This document shows positions 52,926 to 64,000 of a stretch of DNA of 64,000 nt, piece after piece. Numbering within the stretch: the first letter of the stretch is position 1; each line of letters begins with the position of its first letter. The stretch lies in contig OZ249436.1 of NCBI GenBank assembly GCA_965235115.1, forward strand, positions 4,714,001-4,778,000. The letters run 5' to 3'. Source of the stretch: Laetmonice hystrix (lineage: Eukaryota). The position numbers were made by a program, and so were the translations under genes. The notes beneath the pieces are model-generated. The model ran no database searches, was not told the origin of the DNA, and saw only the letters and a program-made list of their open reading frames with translations.

Positions 52926-54815
52926 TCAATAGAAACATGTCTCCCTGACCACCCAGCTTCTGTTACAGCTTTGTCGAGATTGATGGGTTGCTATCTCATC
53001 AATAGAAACACGTCCCCTGACCACCCAGCTTCTGTTCTAACTTTGTCGAGATTGATGGGTTGCTATCTCATCAATAGAAACATGTCCCCCTGACCACCCA
53101 GCTTCTGTTCTAGCTTTGTCGAGATTGATGGGTTGCTATCTCATCAATAGAAACATGTCCCCCTGACCACCCAGCCTCTGTTACAGCTTTGTTGAGATTG
53201 ATGGGTTGCTATCTCATCAATAGAAACATGTCCCCCTGACCACCCAGCTTCTGTTCTAACTTTGTCGAGATTGATGGGTTGCTATCTCATCAATAGAAAC
53301 ATGTCCCCCTGACCACCCAGCTTCTGTTACAGCTTTGTCGAGATTGATGGGTTGCTATCTCATCAATAGAAACATGTCCCCCTGACCACCCAGCTTCTGT
53401 TCTAACTTTGTCGAGATTGATGGGTTGCTATCTCATCAATAGAAACATGTCCCCCTGACCACCCAGCTTCTGTTACAGCTTTGTCGAGATTGATGGGTTG
53501 CTATCTCATCAATAGAAACATGTCCCCCTGACCACCCAGCCTCTGTTACAGCTTTGTCGAGATTGATGGGTTGCTATCTCATCAATAGAAACATGTCCCC
53601 CTGACCACCCAGCTTCTGTTACAGCTTTGTCGAGATTGATGGGTTGCTATCTCATCAATAGAAACATGTCCCCCTGACCATCCAGCCTCTGTTACAGCTT
53701 TGTCGAGATTGATGGGTTGCTATCTCATCAATAGAGACATGTCCCCCTGACCACCCAGCTTCTGTTCTAACTTTGTCGAGATTGATGGGTTGCTATCTCA
53801 TCAATCGAAACATGTCCCCCTGACCATCCAGCTTCTGTTCTAACTTTGTCGAGATTGATGGGTTGCTATCTCATCAATAGAAACATGTCCCCCTGACCAC
53901 CCAGCTTCTGTTACAGCTTTGTCGAGATTGATGGGTTGCTATCTCATCAATAGAAACATGTCCCCCTGACCATCCAGCCTCTGTTACAGCTTTGTCGAGA
54001 TTGATGGGTTGCTATCTCATCAATAGAGACATGTCCCCCTGACCACCCAGCTTCTGTTCTAACTTTGTCGAGATTGATGGATTGCTATCTCATCAATAGA
54101 AACATGTCCCCCTGACCACCCAGCTTCTGTTACAGCTTTGTCGAGATTGATGGGTTGCTATCTCATCAATAGACCCATGTCCCCCTGACCACCCAGCTTC
54201 TGTTCTAACTTTGTCGAGATTGATGGGTTGCTATCTCATCAATAGAAACATGTCCCCCTGACCACCCAGCCTCTGTTACAGCTTTGTCGAGATTGATGGG
54301 TTGCTATCTCATCAATAGAAACATGTCCCCCTGACCACCCAGCTTCTGTTCTAACTTTGTCGAGATTGATGGGTTGCTATCTCATCAATAGAAACATGTC
54401 CCCCTGACCACCCAGCTTCTGTTCTAACTTTGTCGAGATTGATGGGTTGCTATCTCATCAATAGAAACATGTCCCCCTGACCACCCAGCTTCTGTTCTAA
54501 CTTTGTCGAGATTGATGGGTTGCTATCTCATCAATAGAAACATGTCCCCCTGACCACCCAGCTTCTGTTCTAACTTTGTCGAGATTGATGGGTTGCTATC
54601 TCATCAATAGAAACATGTCCCCCTGACCACCCAGCTTCTGTTCTAACTTTGTCGAGATTGATGGGTTGCTATCTCATCAATAGAAACATGTCCCCCTGAC
54701 CACCCAGCTTCTGTTCTAACCTTGTCGAGATTGATGGGTTGCTATCTCATCAATAGAAACATGTCCCCCTGACCACCCAGCCTCTGTTCTAACCTTGTCG
54801 AGATTGATGGATTGC
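52926..54815. repeat. 73-bp minisatellite, ~26 copies
   Basis: Unit tcaatagaaacatgtccccctgaccacccagcttctgttacagctttgtcgagattgatgggttgctatctca; period 73 (53071 vs 53144). Confidence 0.96.
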
Positions 54816-56477
54816 ATTCTCATTGTCTCCCTCATCATCACAAAATATAAAACTAATTTAAAACTTAAAAACGTTTGACATATACTCTCAAATGGTTGTA
54901 TAGATCGTTTCCCCGTTGAAACTCACTTGAGAACCCCATGTATGCCTGTTGTACGACGACACAGAAATATGGCATTTTGGACAATAATTACAAAGCCAGA
55001 ACAACATTCCCTTGTTGGACATTAACACTTTCATGACGGATTGTGAGAGAAATCATGATAATGTGAGATCATGGTTGACATATACTTCCCATTAAACACG
55101 GTCTTCTGGTTCAAACGGTTGTCGAGCGGTATTTCAGAACGGGAAAACCTAGCATAGCCGGATCAAGGATTTTGAAAGAAATGGATGACGGGGAAAGTCA
55201 GCAAAGAATGGATTCCCCCTCAGAAGGGATTTATGGTAGATTATCTAACAATAGTGAGGATTATGTTACTGGTAGGCGGGCCTATACTGTTCAGTGAACG
55301 TGCTTCCGAAGTCCATGTCAGCACAGTGCTATTTATATGATAAATTACATGAATGCAAACATCCGTGTGTGTGGGGGATCTTGTCCCAGTCATGCAGGAT
55401 CTGTCTATCTGTCCTAATGACCCAGTGTGTGTGTATGTGTATAACCTCGATCTGTAGGACTAGTTAGACCTACATGTATAGATCCGATAGGGTATAATAT
55501 GCAGGGCTACCGGTTTATGCTCATAAGTGTCATGCAAAAAAATGCCGGGTTTCCCCCCATAATTGTATAACTAGACTGACTAAGCGTCGGTCTACTTCCT
55601 ACACATTAAAACCAAAAAGAAACGTTTAATGATTTATAATAAAGACGTAATCCAACTGGGGCCAGTTGCATGACTGTCCGTTCGTTAATTTCCCCATGTA
55701 TTTTCAATGAGAATTTTAACGAACGGACAGTCATGCAACTGACCCCTGACGAGACTTTTTGCACTAGGGTTTTACATTTGAGCAACACCAGCAATGGTGA
55801 TGTAACATAGGTAAGTAAGGAAATCTAACCCTTGAAAGTCAACGACCATGTCAGCAAATATCTGACAATGAATTTTTCCAATGCCTGTGGCGCCCCCTGG
55901 AACGGAAGTAGTGGAAGCGTACCGGAAGTTGACGATGCGTCCGCCGGTGATGAAGGACCTCCCCCCCCCCCCTTCGCTCTTACCATGTACGGTGTGTATT
56001 AATAAATCTATGGCCTGATGACTTCTTTGAGCTTGGACCACTTGAAGTCATCCTTTGACCACAAGTATTGGCCGAGTCCCCGCGACGTACCAACACAGTA
56101 TTATACGTGGTCCAGCGATAGCTATTATCTAATTCCTCCGGAAACGACATAGATCTATATTCACACAAGAGGTTCCACGATTATGGTTACGTTTGGGGAA
56201 ACACTTAAGTCATCTACCAACTACATACACTAGGCCCAGTTACAGAAACACCTAAGTCATCTACCAACTACATATACACTAGGCCCAGTTACCGATACAT
56301 CCACGGTTACAGTGCCTGCAGAAGTGACGACACAATTTTATGTTTTTCACCGAAATAATCTTTGGAACCACACAGGAGAATGTAAAATAAAACTCCTTTT
56401 GAAATTCATAGATTTATACTATAATGCGTCGGCCTATATACAAACTCAGAGAGAGTTCCGGCAAAATGTCCCCTTGG

Positions 56478-56854
56478 CAGGGGCGCCGGAAGCAAATTAT
56501 TATTGGGCGGGAGCAAGAGAGCTAAAGCGAAAGTCATAGGCTACGACATGTTTAGTAAAGCAAGGTCGGAGACCCTCCCCAAGAAAATTTTAAAAACTAC
56601 ACACCCTTTTGAGGCAAGATTTTTTATGTTTTGAAGGCGTGAATGAATAAATTACAATGTATCATTAGGACAATCGACCCAGTCTTTGAGGCACCCAAGT
56701 CATGGTTTCAACAGGCCTACTGTATGTGGAAAAAAAACTGCCTTTTTTCATTCATGATGACAGAATTTTTTTTGGGGGGGGGGCGATGCCCCCCAACCAG
56801 ATTATTGAGGGGGCGATCCCCCCTGCCCCCCTCCCCCCACTTCTGGCGCCTATG
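56478..56854. mobile_element. hAT-type MITE
   Basis: Ends caggggcgccggaag / cttctggcgcctatg; near-identical 8-bp flanks ccccttgg / cctcttgg. Confidence 0.6.
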
Positions 56855-57687
56855 CCTCTTGGAAGTAAACGTTTCATCGCTCACATAGGTCTGTATTATA
56901 GGCCTATGCCTAATACGCTACTATTCAGCATTCAAATATGGTATGCGATTTATAATGTTTCTGTAGGCCTATCACCCTAGGCCAAGTCCACCTCTCACTA
57001 TGGCCAAAATATAGCAAATTATAACAAAATGTATACATAGTATATAACCATCCTGAACGCAATGAGACCATATGAACCCCCCACCCCACCCCCACCCCAC
57101 CCCACCCGTTCATAACCTCGAGGGTAAAAGCCTCCCCTTGTAACCGGCGGCCGCCCCTGGGGACCAGTACCCGGATTCATTTTCTCTATTAGCATATAGC
57201 GGGCGGAACCCCCAACCCAACCCTGCTGGGCTTTGATCATACCGGCGTCTCTGCTCTCAACCACAGGTATCTGATCACGGATCGCTCCTACCTGTGAAAG
57301 ATTATAGGCACCTTGGTCCCCATGGCAGCCCTACTTTGTGTTCATTTACCTGACATAATACTTATAGAGACCATCAAAGACGATCATACAATGTTATGTT
57401 TTCAGGCGTTTTTTCTCCTCTGACGATGGCAGAACAAAGGTGATGTTCTTACAAGATGCCGGTCTTACATCAAAGGAAATCGTTGAGATTAGCATGTTTT
57501 AGCCCAATACAAAGAATGGAGACGTCAGTTTTGTGTTATGCTTGCTACCTCGCAGCTCTCGTATATGGATTTATTTGGAGAGTTGGGGTTTTTTTTGCCG
57601 ATACGCCATTCTGGCTTTTACCTGGATGTTTCTTTCAAGGAGATGATTCTTACTTTCTAACTTGAGGTGAAGAATACTGACGCTTGA

Positions 57688-58504
57688 AAACCAATCGGTG
57701 AGCAGTATACCCCATATACAGTATACTCAATGTTGGATCTATAAACCGATCTGTGAGCAGTATACCCCATATACAGTATACTCAATGTTGGATCTATACA
57801 CCGACCGGTGAGCAGTATACCCCATATACAGTATACTCAATGTTGGATCTATAAACCCATCGGTGAGCAGTATACCCCATATACAGTATACTCAATGTTG
57901 GATCTATAAACCGATCTGTGAGCAGTATACCCCATATACAGTATACTCAATGTCGGATCTATAAACCGACCGGAGCAGTATACCCCATATACAGTATACT
58001 CAATGTTGGATCTATAAACCGATCTGTGAGCAGTATACCCCATATACAGTATACTCAATGTCGGATCTATAAACCGACCGGAGCAGTATACCCCATATAC
58101 AGTATACTCAATGTTGGATCTATAAACCGACCGGAGCAGTATACCCCATATACAGTATACTCAATGTTGGATCTATACACCGACCGGTAAGCAGTATACC
58201 CCATATACAGTATACTCAATGTTGGATCTATACACCGACCGGTGAGCAGTATACCCCATATACAGTATACTCAATGTCGGATCTATAAACCGACCGGAGC
58301 AGTATACCCCATATACAGTATACTCAATGTTGGATCTATAAACCGATCTGTGAGCAGTATACCCCATATACAGTATACTCAATGTTGGATCTATAAACCC
58401 ATCGGTGAGCAGTATACCCCATATACAGTATACTCAATGTCGGATCTATAAACCGATCTGTGAGCAGTATACCCCATATACAGTATACTCAATGTTGGAT
58501 CTAT
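57688..58504. repeat. 53-55-bp minisatellite, ~15 copies
   Basis: Unit gtgagcagtataccccatatacagtatactcaatgttggatctataaaccgatct. Confidence 0.95.
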
Positions 58505-58900
58505 TGAGAGGGGCTTTAGGGAGCACAAGCATCCCCAGCTGATTTGCTAATTTATAACTTTTCTGGGGAAAATGGCCCCAGATTCCCTAGTGCGTGGAGT
58601 GCACCAACATCGCACCTCATATAGGCAGACTAGCACCCACCCACCCGTTTCTGGAACCCCCCCCCCCCCGATACATTGTGAATTCTTATTCATGACTAAT
58701 GAAAATAGAATTCAGATCGCTGTTATTTAGCATACTAATTCAGAGTTTACCAATGGTCCGAGAATTCAGATCGCTGTTATTTAGCATACTAATTCAGAGT
58801 TTACCAATGGTCCGACACATTCAAAGAGGTCGGGGTTTCCGTCAGGTCGTACGTTAATGATCAGAGATTCTTCCGGTGACATCCGTCCAGCGGGTCAGCT

Positions 58901-58917
58901 GGCGCCCTCTAGCGGCA
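58901..58917 (-). promoter_or_regulatory. CTCF-type motif
   Basis: Reverse complement TGCCGCTAGAGGGCGCC matches the bilaterian CTCF consensus. Confidence 0.5.
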
Positions 58918-59130
58918 CGGGTACCTCAGGTCAACCTGGGTGACTAGAATCTACTCCAACCTTGAACTTCTTCACGTACTCCACAGGATCCTCGATCTCA
59001 TGTCTAAATAATATTTGCTGGTCAATAGTTACCTCAAGTAGAGTTCATTTCGCTATATTACGATACAATATAATGGTAACACCATCACTAACATGAGTTC
59101 AAGCTTGTCCTCAATGCACTGGCCCATTCG

Positions 59131-59202
59131 CTGGGGCGGAGCCAGAGGGGTCGTTGCCGGTGGGGGGGGGGGGGGGGGCACCGGGTGTTGGGTCCGCCAC
59201 TG
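59131..59202. mobile_element. 72-bp MITE with 5-bp TSD
   Basis: Ends ctggggcgga / tccgccactg; attcg on both flanks. Confidence 0.55.
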
Positions 59203-60175
59203 ATTCGTCAGTTTAAAAAACGATGGGGAAAAATTGTAATTTTCCGACGTACTTTTATTTATATCGGCCAGGCATTTAATGGTGTATATATAAAACAAAT
59301 ATTATAATAGCATCATAATCTTATAGCCTATTCTGTAGCCTTGATTCATAAACTAAATGAATAATGTTCTGCTCATATGGAAGACGCCTATTTTTTCCTA
59401 ATCATTCTCCTTGCCACCGTTGTAACCTAAGATCATCTACCACGTTTCATCAATTTAACATCAATTCATTAAAAACAACTTAAAGCAACCCACGACTATC
59501 TCTTATTTCAATGACTCCAAAATAAAGACATAGGTTGTTAGATTAGATAAGGCTTTGGGAATGGAGAAATCTAATGAAATTCAATATTCCAGTAGCTTGT
59601 TGTCGCTCTGGGGCGATCGTCTTATGGCTGGTTGTTGACAAAATAGTTGACCTGGCATTGCGTGAACAGCCAATAAAATTCACCGGTTCATCGCCCGATA
59701 AATTTCATGTCTTATATTTTGGAGTCATTGAAATAAGAGATAGGCGTGGTTTGCTTTAAGTCAGCAAAAAACACTCATGATATTTGATCCACCGACTTTG
59801 TTGGAATCTCAATACTCCTTGGATAATGACATGATTGCCTATCTTTTCCGGAAATTGTCTAGTTATCCATGTACATATTCAAATTACAAAATTAAGTGTG
59901 ATGACGATACGATTGATTTATCGTATGATTAATGAGTATAAATCAGTAGTTTCCGTTACTTGGCATTAATTTGTGCTCAGTTGACCAGTGCGAGCGTGGA
60001 GTCAACAAATGCCTGGTCATGGCTTGCACGGTGCCAAGTTTGGGTTTAAAGTTTATGATGATAGGGGGGCCTACCCTCGCAGAGAGCAGAGGTCAAGTCT
60101 CCCAGCCACCGGATAATCTGGAGTCACGACAGGACAGCTGTGGATTGAGGTCAGGGCAGTGTTACCTGGACTTAC

Positions 60176-62681
60176 CTGGGCTGTCTGTGTACCGGTTACC
60201 CTTCACCTCTGTGTCCTCGGCCGGCCGGCTGCTGGCCCGCTGAGCACTGGCAAGCTGTCTCCGAGTGCATGGGTGACTCTTAAATCCGCTGCCGTAAGGA
60301 GCCGATGGCATGCCGCCAAACGTTCTGGCCACAGCGGACACAGAGGTGTGACCGTCTGGAGCGACCATTAGGATAGTTTATGTCAGGAGGGGGGAGGAGG
60401 GGGGCACGTGTGCGTGCTCAGGTACAATAGGAGTTTCTACTTTTATGTCCGTTTGATGGCTATTCCGTGTGACGTCGTGACACGTCATCAGGGGTTGGGT
60501 CGACCGGCGGGCAGGGCTTGGGTGGCGGGCAGGGGTTGGGTCGACCGGCGAGCAGGGGTTGGGTCGACCGGCGGGTAGGGGTTGGGTCGACCGGCGGGCA
60601 GGGGTTGGGTGGCGGGCAGGGGTTGGGTCGACCGGCGGGCAGGGGTTGGGTCGACCGGCGGGCAGGGCTTGGGTCGACCGGCGGGCAGGGCTTGGGTCGA
60701 CCGGCGGGTAGGGGTTGGGTCGACCGGCGAGCAGGGGTTGGGTCGACCGGCGGGCAGGGGTAGGGTCGACTGGTGGGCAGGGGTTGGGTCGACCGGCGAG
60801 CAGGGGTTGGGTCGACCGGCGGGCAGGGGTAGGGTCGACCGGTGGGCAGGGGTAGGGTCGACCGGCGGGCAGGGGTTGGGTCGACCGGCGGGCAGGGGTT
60901 GGGTCGACCGGCGAGCAGGGGTTGGGTCGACCGGCGGGCAGGGGTAGGGTCGACCGGTGGGCAGGGGTAGGGTCGACCGGCGGGCAGGGGTAGGGTCGAC
61001 CGGCGGGCAGGGGTAGGGTCGACCGGTGGGCAGGGCTTGGGTCGACCGGCGGGCAGGGGTTGGGTCGACCGGCAGGCAGGGCTTGGGTCGACCGGCGGGC
61101 AGGGCTTGGGTCGACCGGCGGGCAGGGGTTGGGTCGACCGGCGGGCAGGGGTTAGGTCGACCGGCGGGCAGGGGTTAGGTCGACCGGCGGGCAGGGGTTA
61201 GGTCGACCGGCGGGCAGGGCTTGGGTCGACTGGTGGGATGGCACTCAGTGCACCAGCCACCGAACTCGGTGCAGCCCTGGGTTCAACCCGGGCGTCGATG
61301 ACACTACGGGGGAACTCGGCTGAGGTTATGGCACCGAATCTAACAGAATATTTGTCAAGAAGATAGAAATAAAAGAAGGATATAGATCTATAGTGATGAC
61401 TCGAAACGATGGAGAAATGTTAAGCTTCTTCTTCACCATCTTATTTTTTTATATAAAGAAGGTACTCAAGTCTACATAAATCTGTAATTGTCTTTTTTAC
61501 CTGCTGGATTCACAAAGAGTCAAGACAATGACAGGCCGATAGCTCGAAAGGGCGAATAAAAAGAGTATAGGCCCCTAGATGTGAAAAAAATAAGATCGAT
61601 ACAACAGCTATTCAAACAGGGCTGCATTATAGCATATGGTGCAAGAAAAATAGGTGGAGCTATGACAAGAATGTCATTCTTTTATTTATTTGCACGGGCA
61701 TTAGGTGTAATCCAGATACTTTCAGAATGTCCGGAAAGAGAAAAGTTGGATAGTCCTCTGTAGTGGAACTGAACCCCGGCCCCAAGATTACTACACCCAT
61801 TCGCATATATCATACGGTATCAACGCCTGTGAGTAGGCGTAGTGTGACCAGGATGGGAGTACAGACGCTCCCTGAACGTGCCCATTTATGTAGTAAGTCG
61901 TGTGACCCTGCATGAGTGTACCCAGATACATGTAAAAAAATTATGAAAGAACTGCGCAGAGAGAATCATAGCTGAGTACAGAGAAAGTGGGGAGATATTT
62001 AACAATAAACTGGTAGAAAAATCACACAGCAACAAGTAAAGTTATGACGCAGCTACATAGAACTGGCGTTTTAGTTCTTTTGTCATGTTGTTTAACCTTT
62101 CTGTCCTCTGCTTTCAAAAAGGGGCACTGCCACGTAACAAAGGGGCACTGTCCCGTAAACAAAGGTAATTGTAAAACCCGTATATCATTTCCATCTGGCA
62201 TGCTGCCTACCTTATTTAAATCATTACAATAAGTCAGCATTATTCTTTCCATTCCGTACGCTCTATATACGTCCCAATTACCCCTTGAAATAAAAGCCAA
62301 CAGTTACTGATCTCCTGCACCCTTCGTTAGATGCCCTTTGTAGTCTTTCAACCCTCCTATTTGTGTGAAGGTAGCTCGGGCATGGATTTACATGTGAACA
62401 TCATGATTTCAAAGTGGGCTTTGTCTTTAGACGCAGCTTCCGATGTTCGTGGGAACGCCATCTAGCGGCAATGGAAGCAGCCGTTACCTGCAGACAATGG
62501 TGTGTTCCGGACCCTGAGTGAGCGGTCGGACTGCGAGTCACCCGATCTGTGTCCTTTGTGACAAGCTACTGATGTACCTTGGGGTGCCGACTTGTAGCAG
62601 TGTCAGACATAATGACATAATAAAACACAGCCTACAGCTATAAACATGATCAACCTGTGACTCACTTCAGGTGCTGCCTTT
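60176..62681 (-). CDS. Putative internal exons of an unidentified minus-strand gene: 62681-62666, 62590-62488, 60355-60176 (next exon probably ~59003)
   Basis: Donors GAA|GTGAGT, CAG|GTAACG and CAG|GTAAGT with AG acceptors give a stop-free, phase-consistent chain KAAPE|SAPQGTSVACHKGHRSGDSQSDRSLRVRNTPLSA|DGHTSVSAVARTFGG...YTDSP. The product is low-complexity and no homology is recognised. Confidence 0.4.
60489..61236. repeat. 23-bp G-rich minisatellite, ~32 copies
   Basis: Unit ggggttgggtcgaccggcgggca. Confidence 0.95.
62455..62470 (-). promoter_or_regulatory. CTCF-type motif
   Basis: Reverse complement TGCCGCTAGATGGCGT. Confidence 0.45.
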
Positions 62682-63091
62682 CTACATATTGTAATACAAC
62701 AAGCCCTCATCGCCAATTTTAATGCATGTAATTAATTCTGATTGTTCTCTTTTGTAAACTAAACATCATTATGCATGTGCAACATGTTTTTAACTATTAG
62801 ATCACGGAAGAAGCAGAAATTCATGTGGGCCATTTTTCTTATTTTTCTCACCGCTGCAATATAATGTTATATAATAATATACCTTGGCTATAGGTGGTTA
62901 CATTAAATTATGTTCTGTGACTATTGTTGATACCGCAGCTGTTCCTGCCGCCCCCCCCCCCACCCACCCACCCCACCCCATCCCCCGCCTTTCAGCTCGA
63001 CCCCAGGGGTACATTTCATTAAGCCAAAAGATGTCTCTAATATTGTGGAAACATGGTTCTAGCCAAAATAGTCTCTTCTGGTAACGTCATG

Positions 63092-63295
63092 CTTCAATAA
63101 CTCCAATTACTTCAATAACTCCAATTACTTCAATAACTCCAATTACTTCAATAACTCCAATTACTTCAAAAACACCAATTACTTCAATAACTCCAATTAC
63201 TTCAATAACTCCAATTACTTCAATAACTCCAATTACTTCAATAACTCCAATTACTTCAATAACTCCAATTACTTCAATAACTCCAATTACTTTAA
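63092..63295. repeat. 18-bp tandem repeat, ~11 copies
   Basis: Unit cttcaataactccaatta. Confidence 0.95.
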
Positions 63296-63301
63296 TACGT
63301 C

Positions 63302-63700
63302 CTCGTTATATTGACTCATTCAATACTGTCCACAAGTTCTGTCTAGTTTCGTTACATTCACTCATTCCATACTGTCCACAAGTTCTGTCTAGTCTCGTTA
63401 CATTCACTCATTCAATACTGTCCACAAGTTCTGTCTAGTCTCGTTACATTCACTCATTCAATACTGTCCACAAGTTCTGTCTAGTCTCGTTACATTCACT
63501 CATTCAATACTGTCCACAAGTTCTGTCTAGTCTCGTTACATTCACTCATTCAATACTGTCACCAAGTTCTGTCTAGTCTCGTTACATTCACTCATTCAAT
63601 ACTGTCCACAAGTTCTGTCAAGTCTCGTTACATTCACTCATTCAATACTGTCCACAGGTTCTGTCTAGTCTCGTTACATTTAGTCATTCAATACTGTCAC
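63302..63700. repeat. 46-bp tandem repeat, ~9 copies
   Basis: Unit ctcgttacattcactcattcaatactgtccacaagttctgtctagt. Confidence 0.93.
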
Positions 63701-64000
63701 CATGCAAGATCTCGCAGTAGTCTCGTCTTCCCAACGAGACTAGACAGAAGTTCTGTCTAGTCTCGTTAGTCTTTCTAAATGACGTCTTTGACGTCTTGAT
63801 TACTGAAATAAGCTGACATACACCCAAGCTGTGCCGGCTATGTCAGGCACCCTGCACGCTGAAGCTCAAAACCAGGGACCCCTTTTCATATACTACTTAG
63901 TGCAGGTCAATGTGGGAAGGTAACGTTCACGTGTGTAGGTCACACATTAACAGTTGACGACCACGTGGTTCACATGAACATACATATTCTGCTGCATACA

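Noticed and set aside
55772..55862. Possible terminal exon IFADMVVDFQGLDFLTYLCYITIAGVAQM of the right-hand minus-strand gene
   Set aside because: Phase-compatible only through a weak GTTGGA donor; too speculative to call.
3270..63700. CRISPR-like appearance of regular arrays
   Set aside because: Units are contiguous with no unique spacers, there are no cas genes and the context is eukaryotic.

Overview
This is repeat-rich animal genomic DNA with GT-AG introns, not prokaryotic; the gene and repeat content suggests a lophotrochozoan such as a mollusc or annelid (inference). Two genes assemble by hand into complete, phase-consistent models: a 4-exon theta/delta-like glutathione S-transferase (14301-17134, +) and a 15-exon peroxisomal acyl-CoA oxidase (30694-41352, +, ending in the PTS1 signal AKL). 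Head-to-head with ACOX is an uncharacterised minus-strand gene with one shared coding exon (28785-28012) and at least two unrelated, phase-compatible terminal exons (27322-26780 and 24124-23840), each followed by its own AATAAA. This resembles the lola/mod(mdg4) alternative-3'-exon layout. Weaker exon chains lie on the minus strand at 46.4-43.1 kb and 62.7-59 kb. The rest is a ~3.6 kb local duplication, several MITEs, a Helentron-like element and about 17 tandem arrays. The most striking pattern is that several arrays sit exactly on splice sites: a 48-bp in-frame exon-end-plus-donor array in GST, a 33-bp GT...CAG array starting at the first base of ACOX intron 5, a 30-bp donor array at 46.4 kb and a 45-bp acceptor-like array at 48-52 kb. 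All exon models are manual and have no transcript support; copy numbers are approximate.
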